Notes: generated by a model from the letters alone, not told the origin. A DNA stretch of 27,183 nucleotides from Streptosporangiaceae bacterium (GCA_030040415.1 JASHTT010000692.1:1-27183), one strand, 5' to 3'; shown: positions 9,573-18,731, counted from the first letter of the stretch. Translations and numbers: made by a program.

Positions 9573-10542
9573 CGATCTGCTGGCCGCCACCGGCCTCGTG
9601 CGGCACTACCGGCTCCGGCGGCGCTGGTGGCGGGCCGAGCCGCCCAGGATCGTGCGGGCCGTCGATGGTGTGAACGTGCGAGTGCCGGCCGGCACGACGG
9701 TCGGACTGGTAGGTGAATCTGGCTGCGGCAAGACGACGCTCGGCAGGCTGCTGCTTCGGCTGGAGCAGCCAACCGCGGGTGAGATCACGTTCGCGGGCCA
9801 GGATTGGCTAGCCAAGCGGGGCGAGCAACTCCGCGAGGCGCGCAAGGACATGCAGGCAATCTTCCAGGACCCGCTGGGGTCGCTCGACCCGCGCGCCACG
9901 GTAGCCCAGGTCATAGGGGAAGCACTGGCCGCGCACGGCATGGAGCCTGCCAAGAGCGGCCGAGCGGACAAGATCGCCGAACTGCTGCGCTCGGTCGGCC
10001 TGGGGCCGGACGTGGCTCGGCGTTACCCGAACGAGCTGTCTGGCGGGCAGCGGCAGCGCGTCACAATCGCCCGGTCCATAGCGGTACAGCCGAAGTTCAT
10101 CGTCTGTGACGAGGCGGTGTCCGCGCTCGACGTGTCCGTCCAGGCCCAGATCATCAACCTGCTATCCGACCTGCAGGATGCGCTCGGTATCAGCTATCTT
10201 TTCATCTCCCACAACCTGGCGACGGTGCGGCACCTGGCGGACACCGTCGCCGTCATGTACCTCGGGAAGGTCGTCGAGCGGGCGCCCGCCGGCGAGCTGT
10301 TCGCAGCGCCAGCCCATCCGTACACCGTCGCGCTGCTTGCTGCTGTCCCGGTGCCCGATCCCGCCGCGCCGCGCATCGAGCAGAACCTGTCAGGGGACCT
10401 GCACTCGGCGACCGATCTTCCGTCCGGCTGCCGGTTCCGCCTCCGCTGCCCGCGCGCAGCGGAGATCTGCGCCCAGGTGGAGCCGCCGCTCGAGGCGCTG
10501 TCCGACGGCCACGTGGCCGCCTGCCACTTCCCGCACCGCTGA
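9565..10542 (+). CDS. ABC transporter ATP-binding subunit (OppF/DppF-like)
   Basis: GESGCGKTT, LSGGQRQR, IVCDEAVSALD, and C-terminal GCRFRLRC...C...AACH. TTG start with 8-bp overlap. Confidence 0.95.
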   Translation: MASDLLAATGLVRHYRLRRRWWRAEPPRIVRAVDGVNVRVPAGTTVGLVGESGCGKTTLGRLLLRLEQPTAGEITFAGQDWLAKRGEQLREARKDMQAIFQDPLGSLDPRATVAQVIGEALAAHGMEPAKSGRADKIAELLRSVGLGPDVARRYPNELSGGQRQRVTIARSIAVQPKFIVCDEAVSALDVSVQAQIINLLSDLQDALGISYLFISHNLATVRHLADTVAVMYLGKVVERAPAGELFAAPAHPYTVALLAAVPVPDPAAPRIEQNLSGDLHSATDLPSGCRFRLRCPRAAEICAQVEPPLEALSDGHVAACHFPHR

Positions 10543-10598
10543 CTACCAGCGCATCCGGCGGTAGGCGGGCGCGTCAGGTCACTGGTATACCGGGATTC

Positions 10599-11615
10599 AT
10601 GAGCGGCGACGGACTGGCGATCGGGATGCGGTCGGCCGCAACCCTGCTGCTGCAGGAACTGGACGAGAAGGAGCGCGCGGTCGCCGTCCTCCGGTTCGAG
10701 GACGAGGCTGCCCGGCGATGGCTGGAGTACCGGCCGCTGCCGCGCCCGGGCGCGTGCCTGGCCACCCTCGCGCCGGGCGCCCGCAAGGCGGCCCACCGGC
10801 TGCTGAGCACCGCGCTGAGCGAGCACGCCTACGCCCAGGCGATGGTGATAGTCGCACTCGAGGAAGTGCTCGACCGGGAGGAGGACGGCCGGCTCGGTCG
10901 GCACAGCGGCGACTACTGGGTCAGCATCTTCGGCGATCCGCAGGACGACGGGCCGTGGTCGTGGCGGTTCGAAGGCCACCACCTGTCTGTCAGCGTGACG
11001 GTGACCGACGACCAGGTCTCGCCATCGCCGGTGTTCCTGGGCGCCAATCCCGCTCGCGTCAGCTACGCTGGGCGGCCGATATCCAGGCCGCTCGCCCCTG
11101 AGGAGGACCTGGCGCGCGAACTGCTCGATGCGCTGGGGCCGGCCGGGCGATCGGCCGCCGTGGTCGGCGCCGACGCGCCGGCTGACATCAGGACCGGCAC
11201 CGCGGGCCGCGTACGGCAGGCGATAGCGCCGCTCGGCGTGCCCTCGGGCAGCCTCCGGCCAGGGCCGCGGGCGATGCTGCACGAGCTCGCTGGCCTGTAC
11301 CTAGCTCGGCTGCGCCCCGAGCTCGCCGCCCGCGAAGCTGATCGGGTGGCAGCCAGCGAACTGCACTTCGCCTGGGAAGGCTCGCTCGACCCGGGAACCC
11401 CGCACTACTACCGGGTGCAGGGCGACGACCTGCTGGTCGAGTACGACAACACCAGTGCGGACGGCAACCATGCGCATACCGTACTGCGGCGACCGCGCGG
11501 CGACTTTGGCGGCGACATCCTCACCACGCATTACCGTGCGGCACACACGAGCGAGGGTCAGGGGACAGACGTCAGCGACGAAGATCCCGCCGGACGTGCC
11601 CGCGCCGCTCGCTAG
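10599..11615 (+). CDS. DUF3500-domain protein
   Basis: YWVSIFGDP...PWSWRFEGHHLSV, FLGANP, FAWEG, YYRVQGDDLLVEYDN and NHAHTV match the remembered DUF3500 pattern. No obvious signal peptide. Confidence 0.8.
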   Translation: MSGDGLAIGMRSAATLLLQELDEKERAVAVLRFEDEAARRWLEYRPLPRPGACLATLAPGARKAAHRLLSTALSEHAYAQAMVIVALEEVLDREEDGRLGRHSGDYWVSIFGDPQDDGPWSWRFEGHHLSVSVTVTDDQVSPSPVFLGANPARVSYAGRPISRPLAPEEDLARELLDALGPAGRSAAVVGADAPADIRTGTAGRVRQAIAPLGVPSGSLRPGPRAMLHELAGLYLARLRPELAAREADRVAASELHFAWEGSLDPGTPHYYRVQGDDLLVEYDNTSADGNHAHTVLRRPRGDFGGDILTTHYRAAHTSEGQGTDVSDEDPAGRARAAR

Positions 11616-12289
11616 ACCGGGACGGCAGCACCGTTCACCAGCGCCGAGGATGGGCTGGCCAGATAGAGATACGCCGGTGCGATGTCGGCAACCTTCGGCC
11701 AGGCTGCATGGTCCGCCGACGGCAGGGCGGCACGGTTGGCGGGCGTATCGATGATGCTGGGTACCACGCAGTTCACCGTGATGCCGCTGCCGCGTACCTC
11801 GTCGGCCGCCATCGACACCAGGTGCAGCACGCCAAGCTTGCTCAGCGAGTAGGCGAAGCCGGATCCGGTACTCACCACGCCAGCCCGGCTCGCCGTGTGC
11901 ACGATCCTGCCCTGACCGGCCCGTTGCATCCGCCGTAGCGCGTGCTTGGTGATGACCGCTGCTGTCACCAAGTTGAGCTCGAACTGGCGGGTCAGCTCGG
12001 TTAGGTCAAGGTCGGCGAGGGGGCGCTGGGGCGCGAAACCGCCGACGGTATTGATCACGGCCCAGGGTGCCGGACCGCGCTCCAGCAAGGCTCCGACGCC
12101 GTCATCGTCGAGCACGTCGACGGCGGCGTAGCTGACGCCGTCGATCCGGTTGGCGGCCGCGGGCTCCGCCCTGTCGGCGCCGGTTACCGAGGCGCCGGCG
12201 CTCGCGAAGGCGCTGGCGACCCCGGAACCCAGCGCCCCGGCGGCACCGAAGACCAGCACGGTCCGGCCCGCGAGACCATCGTCGGCCAT
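11612..12289 (-). CDS. Short-chain dehydrogenase/reductase (SDR)
   Basis: VLVFGAAGALG Rossmann motif, NTVGGF, catalytic YSLSK, and NCVVPSIIDTPANR. Confidence 0.92.
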   Translation of the reverse strand: MADDGLAGRTVLVFGAAGALGSGVASAFASAGASVTGADRAEPAAANRIDGVSYAAVDVLDDDGVGALLERGPAPWAVINTVGGFAPQRPLADLDLTELTRQFELNLVTAAVITKHALRRMQRAGQGRIVHTASRAGVVSTGSGFAYSLSKLGVLHLVSMAADEVRGSGITVNCVVPSIIDTPANRAALPSADHAAWPKVADIAPAYLYLASPSSALVNGAAVPV

Positions 12290-12307
12290 GTCATACCTGC
12301 CTTCCTG

Positions 12308-12331
12308 TCGCCCGGCGCGATGGCCGGGCGA
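12308..12331. other. Perfect 9-bp GC-rich hairpin between folP-like gene and SDR
   Basis: TCGCCCGGC-GCGATG-GCCGGGCGA. No U-tract follows; on the minus strand it is followed directly by the SDR SD region. Confidence 0.5.
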
Positions 12332-12346
12332 TCACCGCGCAACCGT

Positions 12347-13225
12347 TCAGGCCAGCCCGCGCAGCGCGCGGGCGGGTGGTCTGTCGCCGCGTATCGCGCT
12401 CACCATGTCGATGACCTGCCGAGACTCCGCTACCTCGTGAACGCGGAAGATCCGCGCGCCCAGCCACGCGCTTACCGCCGTGGCCGCGAGCGTTCCGGCC
12501 AGCCGCTGCTCGGCCGGCAGGCCAAGCGCTTCGCCGACGAAGTCCTTGTTCGACAGGGATACCAGGACCGGCCACCCGGTCGCGGTCATTTCGGTCAGCC
12601 TGCGCGTGATCTCAAGCGATTGCCAGGTGTTCTTGCCGAAGTCGTGCGCCGGGTCGATGATGATCCGCTCCGGGTCGACTCCGGCCGCGACCGCCCGCTC
12701 CGCAAGCTGCAGCGTCACCGCCAGTACGTCCGTCACCACGTCGGCATAGGCGACGCGCACCGGGCGCGTGCGGGGGCGCTGGCCGCCCGCGTGCGCGCAG
12801 ACCAGTCCGGCGCCGAACTCCGCCGCTACACCGGCCAGCCGCTGGTCGGCGCCGCCCCAGCTGTCGTTGATCAGGTCAGCGCCTGCCGCGCAGGCCGGTG
12901 CGGCAGCTTCGTGCCGCCAGGTGTCGATGCTGATGATCACGTCTGGGTGGGCGTCCCGGATAGCGGCGATGAACCCGGCGGTGCGCCTGATCTCTTCGGC
13001 CGCGTCTACGTCGGTGCTCGGTCCGGCAGGCACGCCGCCCACGTCGATGATGTCGGCGCCCTCGGCCACGAGGCGGTGCACACGCTCCATCGCCGCCGGC
13101 TCGTCCCAGGTGACACCTGGCCGGTAGAAAGAGTCTGGGGTCCGGTTGACGATCCCCATGATCAGCGGCTGCGAAGGCGGAAACGCGCGCCGTCCCAGCC
13201 GGAGCACGCCCGGTTGGACCTCCAT
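12347..13225 (-). CDS. folP: Dihydropteroate synthase family protein, FolP2-like
   Basis: IMGIVNRTPDSFY, GADIIDVGG, ISIDTW, IIIDP, SLSNKDFVGE and RIFRVH. The NRTPDSFY and SNKD variants resemble the actinobacterial FolP2 paralogue rather than FolP1 (NVTPDSFSDGG, SRK). Confidence 0.9.
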   Translation of the reverse strand: MEVQPGVLRLGRRAFPPSQPLIMGIVNRTPDSFYRPGVTWDEPAAMERVHRLVAEGADIIDVGGVPAGPSTDVDAAEEIRRTAGFIAAIRDAHPDVIISIDTWRHEAAAPACAAGADLINDSWGGADQRLAGVAAEFGAGLVCAHAGGQRPRTRPVRVAYADVVTDVLAVTLQLAERAVAAGVDPERIIIDPAHDFGKNTWQSLEITRRLTEMTATGWPVLVSLSNKDFVGEALGLPAEQRLAGTLAATAVSAWLGARIFRVHEVAESRQVIDMVSAIRGDRPPARALRGLA

Positions 13226-13232
13226 GACTCGG

Positions 13233-15662
13233 TCAGACCCTCAGCGTGGCGGCCAGGCGCCGGTCGGCAAGGCTGTGCGCCGCCTCGATCACGTACTCAC
13301 CTGGCACCGTCCGCCAGCCACCGTCCCAGATCTGAAACGCGCGCTCCGGGAGATCCACGGTGACCGTGATGCGCTGACCGGGATCCGCGGCAAGGCTGGC
13401 GAATCCGGCCAGCCAGCGGACCGGCCGGTCGACGTCCGTGCTGGAAGGGCTGACGTAGACCTGCACGACCTCACGTCCGGGCCGGTTGCCGTCGTTGCGC
13501 ACTGTGATCATCACCCGTCGGCCCGACACGCTGATGTCCTCATACGCCCAGGTCGTGTAGCCGAGTCCATGGCCGAACGGGTACCGCGGTGTCGCTGCGG
13601 TCCGGTCCCACGCCCGGTAGCCGATAAACAAGTCCTCGTCGTAGCGGAGCACGCCGTCCGCGGGCGTCGTGGCGAGCACCGGGCAGTCAGCCTGGACGGC
13701 CGGCCAGGTGGTCGGCAGCCGGCCACCCGGCTCTGCGGCACCAAGCAGCACGTCCGCCAGCGCGTGGCCGGCCTCCTGCCCGGGAAACCAGGTCAGCAGG
13801 ACCGCGGCGACGTCGTCTGCCCAGGGCAGCTCGACCGGCGAGCCGGCGTTGACGACCACAATCGTGCGCGAGTTCACCGCGACGACGCGGCGCACAAGCT
13901 CGTCTTGCCGTCCGGGCAGTGCCAGCGAGGTCCGGTCGAAACCCTCGGACTCCACGTCGTCGGTAGTGCCGACGACCACGACCGCGACGTCGCTCGCCGC
14001 GGCGAGCGACTCCGCACCCGCCAGCATGTCGTCCTCGGTGTCCTGCGGCGGGCCATAGCCGAGGGCAAACGAGACGATCCCCGGCCCGTCCGAACCGCCG
14101 GTCAGCTGGGTTAGCGAGACCTCGACGCTGTCCCCCTGCTTGAGCCGCAGCGGCAACTGCAACTCCGGCGGGTGCAGGAACAGCATGGCCAGGTCGTCTG
14201 ACTCCGGGCGGATCACGTCGTCGAACAGGACATCGTCGCCGGCGGTCAGCGTGAAGCGGCCGGCGCCGCGTATCCCCAGGCGGTGCGCGCCGTCCTGGCC
14301 GGCTGTCAGCAGGCCGCGGACGCGCACTCGCGCTATCGCTTGCGGTTCGACCCCCGAGGGCAGGTCCATCCACCGGGCCGCGCCGCTAGCCAGCGCGGTC
14401 TCGTGCAGAACCAGGCCGGCGGCATCGGTGAACGTCGCGGCGAGCCCGGACCAAGGCGGGCCGGACGCCGGCTCGAGCCGCGTCCTCGGGTCGGCGCCGA
14501 CCGCGTAAGACACCGTGACCGAGCCGGGCAGCGCGCTCGCCAGCCCGTCTAGCGGCGAGATCACATGCGCCGGATAGACCGTGGCGCTGCCGCCCCCGAG
14601 TACGCGCGCGTCCCGCGCGAGCGCTCCGATGACCGCGACACTGGACAGCGACGAGGGGTCGAGCGGCAGCAGTGCCGCCGCATTCGCCGCGAGGACGAAC
14701 GAGCGGGCCGCGATCTGCCTGGCCAGGCGCTCGCCGTCGGCGAGCGCCGGCCGGTCTTGTGCCGGAACCGACTCAGGTGCGCCAGCGAGCGCGCCCGTCC
14801 GCGCGGCCAGCCGCAGCACCCGGCGCACGTGGTCATCGATGACCTCGACGGGCACCCTGCCGTCGCGGACGGCCGCCAGCAGCCGGTCACCCCAGGGGCT
14901 GCCCATCGACGGCATCACGATGTCGAGCCCGCCGTTGGCTGTGGCTACGGTGTCCCGCGCCGCTGTCCAGTCGGAAACCACCGCCCCGTCGAAGCCCCAC
15001 TCACCCTTCAGCATGCGGATTTGCAACTGCGCGTGCTCGGTCATGGTCACGCCGTTCACCGCGTTGTAGGCGGACATCACGGCCCAGGCGCCAGCGTGCG
15101 CGACGATCGTCTCGAACGGCGCGAGGTACAACTCCCGGAGTGCGCGCTCGCTGACCACCACGTTGGCCGTGAACCGGTCCGTCTCGGAGTCGTTGGCGAC
15201 GAAGTGCTTCACCGTCGCGCTCACGCCCTGGTCCTGGACGCCAGCCACGTAGCCGGCGCCGATCTCCGCGGTGAGCAGCGGATCCTCGGAGTACGCCTCG
15301 AAGTGGCGGCCGCCCAGCGGGCTCCGGTGCAAGTTGACGGTAGGCGCGAGGAGCACGTGCACGCCCTTGCGCCTGGCCTCCTGACCGAGCAGCCGCCCGG
15401 CCTGCCTCGCCAGCTCGCGGTCCCAGGTCGCGGCGAGCGCTGTCGGGCTCGGCAGCGCCACAGATGGGTCATCCGCGCTCCACCGGGTGCCCCGTACACC
15501 GACCGGCCCGTCCGACATCACGATGCTGGCCAGCCCGATCTCCGGTACGCCGGGCAGCGACCACGCGTCCTGCCCGGCCAGTATCGAGACCTTCGTGTCG
15601 AGGTCGAGACGGTCAAGGGCGGCCTGAATCGCTGCCTCCTGCTCGGCACTGCGGACGGACAT
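13233..15662 (-). CDS. GH3 beta-glucosidase with PA14-like insertion and C-terminal fn3-like domain
   Basis: SDGPVGVRG, LLAPTVNLHRSPLGGRHFEAYSEDP, KHFVAN, nucleophile motif VVSDW, ESEGFDR and YPFGHGLGYT. Start 15662 has SD CAGGAGG; the alternative 15695 overlaps the upstream stop. Confidence 0.95.
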   Translation of the reverse strand: MSVRSAEQEAAIQAALDRLDLDTKVSILAGQDAWSLPGVPEIGLASIVMSDGPVGVRGTRWSADDPSVALPSPTALAATWDRELARQAGRLLGQEARRKGVHVLLAPTVNLHRSPLGGRHFEAYSEDPLLTAEIGAGYVAGVQDQGVSATVKHFVANDSETDRFTANVVVSERALRELYLAPFETIVAHAGAWAVMSAYNAVNGVTMTEHAQLQIRMLKGEWGFDGAVVSDWTAARDTVATANGGLDIVMPSMGSPWGDRLLAAVRDGRVPVEVIDDHVRRVLRLAARTGALAGAPESVPAQDRPALADGERLARQIAARSFVLAANAAALLPLDPSSLSSVAVIGALARDARVLGGGSATVYPAHVISPLDGLASALPGSVTVSYAVGADPRTRLEPASGPPWSGLAATFTDAAGLVLHETALASGAARWMDLPSGVEPQAIARVRVRGLLTAGQDGAHRLGIRGAGRFTLTAGDDVLFDDVIRPESDDLAMLFLHPPELQLPLRLKQGDSVEVSLTQLTGGSDGPGIVSFALGYGPPQDTEDDMLAGAESLAAASDVAVVVVGTTDDVESEGFDRTSLALPGRQDELVRRVVAVNSRTIVVVNAGSPVELPWADDVAAVLLTWFPGQEAGHALADVLLGAAEPGGRLPTTWPAVQADCPVLATTPADGVLRYDEDLFIGYRAWDRTAATPRYPFGHGLGYTTWAYEDISVSGRRVMITVRNDGNRPGREVVQVYVSPSSTDVDRPVRWLAGFASLAADPGQRITVTVDLPERAFQIWDGGWRTVPGEYVIEAAHSLADRRLAATLRV

Positions 15663-15691
15663 TCGGGCCTCCTGCGCTTGACGGTCCCCGG

Positions 15692-16648
15692 TCATGCACC
15701 CGAGTTCGTGGCCGCTGGCACGAAGCGGAACGGCGGCCGCCCAGTGACACCCGGTACAGCGCAGAAGATGTCCCCGGACTGCGGCTGCGCGGCGATGTCG
15801 GCGGCTGTCATGTTCTCGCGTGCCGTCGTAATGTACAGCGTGCCCAGACCGGGCCCGCCGAAGGCGACCGAGCTGACCTGACGCACCGGCAATCGCACCA
15901 CCGTGTCCAGCCGGCCGGCCGGGGTGTACCTGCGCAGTTCGCCGCCCCCCCAGACGGCGACCCAGATGCAGCCGTCAGCGTCGATCGTCAGCCCGTCCGC
16001 GCTGCCCTCGCTGGCCGGGATGTCGATGAGCCGCCGCCTGTCCAGCAGCGTCCCGCGGTCCGGATCGGTGTCGAACACGTCGACGCCGCCCGCCGGGCTG
16101 TCGACGTAGTAGAAACGCCGCCGGTCGTCGGTCCAGTCCAGGCCGTTCGACACGCCGACGCCGACGACCAGCTCGCTGACCGACAGATCGGGCGCAAGCC
16201 GGTACAGACGGCCGGGTTCGCTGCCGCCGTAAGCACCCGGGGGTTCACCGGAACCCTGCGGGTGCCACCGCATGGTGCCTGCGCAAAAGCCGCCCCAGGG
16301 GTCAGGCTTGCCGTCGTTGAACCGAACCACCCCCGCATCCGTCGTGAGGCCGGGCAGCCGGGTCAGCCGCCCGCCGCGGATATCGGCCACGGCGAACCCG
16401 TCGACCAGCGCGAGCACCAGCCCGCCGTCGCCGGTCAGGCCGATGGCGCCGACGGGCAGCCCGGCCGCGAACACGTCGCGGTCCCCGGTAGCGGGGTCGA
16501 ATGTGTGCACGTGTCCGGCCAGGATGTCCACCCACAGAAGCAGCTGCCTGCCGGTGTCCCAGACCGGTGACTCGGCAAGCTCGCACTGGGCAGGCACGGC
16601 AAGCTCGGCGTCGAGCACTCGCGGCCCGCCGCCGCTCGCCCGGCTCAT
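15692..16648 (-). CDS. SMP-30/gluconolactonase/LRE family protein
   Basis: LAESPVWD, LLWVDI, RFNDGKPDP, SNGLDW, ADGLTIDADGCIWVA and SSVAFGG...LYITTA. Confidence 0.93.
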   Translation of the reverse strand: MSRASGGGPRVLDAELAVPAQCELAESPVWDTGRQLLLWVDILAGHVHTFDPATGDRDVFAAGLPVGAIGLTGDGGLVLALVDGFAVADIRGGRLTRLPGLTTDAGVVRFNDGKPDPWGGFCAGTMRWHPQGSGEPPGAYGGSEPGRLYRLAPDLSVSELVVGVGVSNGLDWTDDRRRFYYVDSPAGGVDVFDTDPDRGTLLDRRRLIDIPASEGSADGLTIDADGCIWVAVWGGGELRRYTPAGRLDTVVRLPVRQVSSVAFGGPGLGTLYITTARENMTAADIAAQPQSGDIFCAVPGVTGRPPFRFVPAATNSGA

Positions 16649-17673
16649 GCGGCGCTCACATCTAGCAGCACCTTGCCCCTCGGCGCTGAGCCGTCCCGCA
16701 GCGCCTGGTAGGCATCCGCGAAGCTGCGCAGCGGGAACCGGTGGGTGACCAGGGAGCCAAGCCTGACGCGCCCGTCGCCTAGCAGCGCGGCAACCTCGGC
16801 CCAGGCCGACGAGGTGTACGAGAAGCTGGCGCTCACCTGCAGGTCGTTATAGACGACGGTATCGATGGGCAGGGCCGCGGTGACGCCGCTGCCGGCCAGG
16901 CCGAGCAGTACGACCCGGCCGCCGCGGCGGGCGAGTGCTATCGCGGACTGCACAGCAGCGGGCGTTCCGGCCGCTTCCACGACAAGGTCGTAACTGCCGG
17001 GGCCATTGCCCGGCAAGGCACCAGCCAGCTCGAATCGGGTGGCGCCGAGCTCTGTTGCCAGGCTTGCCTGGCCGTCGCGCAGTCCGTGCACGATCACCTC
17101 CGCTGGTGAGAACAGGCGGGCCAAGTGCGCCGTGATCAGGCCCATGGTGCCGTCGCCGACCACGGCAAGACGCTCGCCGGGCGCGAGATGTCCGCGGCCG
17201 AGGCCGCGCCAGGCCACCGCGGCCGGCTCTGCGAGCGCGGCGTCGAGCAGGCTAACCGAGTCGGGTAGCACGTGCACTAACCCGGCGGGCACGATCAGCT
17301 GGCCGGCTGCCGCGCCGGGACGAGTGAAGCCGATCTCGTCGTAATTCTGGCAGAGGTTCGTCTCGCCCCGGATGCAGCGGGCGCAGTGCCGGCACGGGAT
17401 CAGGCCCTCGGCGATGACCTGCTGACCTGGCTTCAAGCCGGCGACATTTGGTCCGGTTGCCTCGATGCGGCCAGACCACTCGTGCCCCGGAACGACTGGG
17501 TACCGGACGTAGGCGGGGTCGGCTTGGCCGGTCAGGATCTCCAGGTCGGTTCCGCAAATCCCGACGTGTGCTGGCCGGATGGCGACCTCGCCGGGTCCAG
17601 GCGCCGTCTCCGCGACGTCTTCGAGGCTCACCCTGCCGGGTCCCGCGATGACGATGGCGCTGCGGTAGCCCAT
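16645..17673 (-). CDS. Zn-dependent medium-chain (sugar/polyol) dehydrogenase
   Basis: GICGTD, PGHEWSG, structural CxxCxxCx7C, and VVGDGTMG. The real start is ATG 17673 (MGYRSAIV); the ORF-track extension to 18228 is antisense to the next gene. Confidence 0.92.
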   Translation of the reverse strand: MGYRSAIVIAGPGRVSLEDVAETAPGPGEVAIRPAHVGICGTDLEILTGQADPAYVRYPVVPGHEWSGRIEATGPNVAGLKPGQQVIAEGLIPCRHCARCIRGETNLCQNYDEIGFTRPGAAAGQLIVPAGLVHVLPDSVSLLDAALAEPAAVAWRGLGRGHLAPGERLAVVGDGTMGLITAHLARLFSPAEVIVHGLRDGQASLATELGATRFELAGALPGNGPGSYDLVVEAAGTPAAVQSAIALARRGGRVVLLGLAGSGVTAALPIDTVVYNDLQVSASFSYTSSAWAEVAALLGDGRVRLGSLVTHRFPLRSFADAYQALRDGSAPRGKVLLDVSAA

Positions 17674-17751
17674 GACGGAGATTCTTCCCTGCCCGGCGTG
17701 ACAGGGCCGAGCGATTCGGCTAGACCGGTGGTGCCAGAGGAGGTGCGGCGG

Positions 17752-18702
17752 ATGACGTGGTCCGACGAGGTGTTTGGTGCGCTTGGCGTATCCGTCGGGG
17801 AGGCCGGCCAGCCGGCAGTGCCGGTCTCGGGCCGGGCATTCCCGGACGGTGCGGCGTTCCGGATCGAGATTCCGAGCGTCGAAGGGCCGCGGGTGCTGGC
17901 GGCCGTGCTCGCTGCGGCGCAGGCCGAGGGCATTACGGTGAACCGGGTCTCGCAGGGCAGCGGCGCGATGCTGCTGCGCACTGCTGAGATGATCGACATG
18001 GCGCAGTCCGGCGCCGAGTCCGGGGTCGAGGTATGCCTGTTCGTCGGCCCGCGAGAGCGGTTCGGAGTCGGCGCGCACCCGCGCTCGGACGACGGACGGG
18101 CGCATGCCGACCAAGTCCGCGGCGTGCGTCAGCTCCGGTACGCGGTCGAGGACGTGCTGCGGGCCGTCGAGGCTGGGATCCGCAGTTTCCTGGTCGCCGA
18201 CATCGGACTTCTGCGCACGCTGCGGCACGCCCAGACCGTCGGCTTGCTGCCTGCTGACCTGGTGTGGAAGGTCTCGGTCAGCATGGCTCCGTCCAACCCG
18301 GTCGCGCTGGCCGTGCTGGCGGAGCTCGGCGCGACGACTGTCAACGTCCCGTCTGACGTGACACTGGCCGAACTGGCCGAGATGCGCGGCGCCGTGACGG
18401 TGCCGATAGACCTGTACGTCGAGTCACCCGACCCGCTCGGCGGCGTAGTGCGCGGCCAGGAGCTGGGCGACCTGGTCCGTGTGGGCGCGCCGCTCTACGC
18501 AAAGTTCGGCCTGCGCAACGCACGTGGCTTGTATCCGAGCGGCCTGCACATCGTCGGCGATGCGGCTGCGATCGCAGCCGAAAAGGTGCACAGGGCCGCC
18601 GTGGCACTGGAGTGGCTGGACCGGATGGCGACCGGCCTGCGCCAGTCGGGTCCAGGCGCGCCCGGCCTCGGCCTGCCAGTACACAACGCGGTGCCCGGCT
18701 AG
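17752..18702 (+). CDS. Conserved hypothetical TIM-barrel-like protein of the kind usually labelled U32 family peptidase; function unknown
   Basis: ATG 17752 with SD GAGGAGG. FPDGAAFRIEIPSVEGP, RVSQGSG, GIRSFLVADIGLL, WKVSV, IDLYVESP and PLYAKFGLRN. The family call is from memory of similar sequences. Confidence 0.6.
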   Translation: MTWSDEVFGALGVSVGEAGQPAVPVSGRAFPDGAAFRIEIPSVEGPRVLAAVLAAAQAEGITVNRVSQGSGAMLLRTAEMIDMAQSGAESGVEVCLFVGPRERFGVGAHPRSDDGRAHADQVRGVRQLRYAVEDVLRAVEAGIRSFLVADIGLLRTLRHAQTVGLLPADLVWKVSVSMAPSNPVALAVLAELGATTVNVPSDVTLAELAEMRGAVTVPIDLYVESPDPLGGVVRGQELGDLVRVGAPLYAKFGLRNARGLYPSGLHIVGDAAAIAAEKVHRAAVALEWLDRMATGLRQSGPGAPGLGLPVHNAVPG

Positions 18703-18716
18703 GCCACGACCGGTTA

Positions 18717-18731
18717 TCTGCTGTCAGCAGA
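18717..18731. promoter_or_regulatory. PopR-type operator palindrome upstream of the clpP pair
   Basis: Perfect TCTGCT-GTC-AGCAGA; the S. lividans PopR consensus is recalled as TCTGCC-N3-GGCAGA. It lies about 30 bp upstream of a possible -10 CATTGT (18762-18767). Confidence 0.75.

Noticed and set aside
11612-11615. Convergent genes sharing overlapping stops (CTAG here, TTAG at 24669-24672)
   Set aside because: Common in compact high-GC genomes; no additional structure was seen.
14565-16570. 438-aa and 368-aa plus-strand ORFs
   Set aside because: Antisense to the well-supported GH3 and SMP-30 genes; no recognisable domains.
17674-18228. Long N-terminal extension of the Zn-dehydrogenase in the ORF track
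   Set aside because: Overlaps the SD-supported plus-strand gene at 17752; homology begins at ATG 17673.
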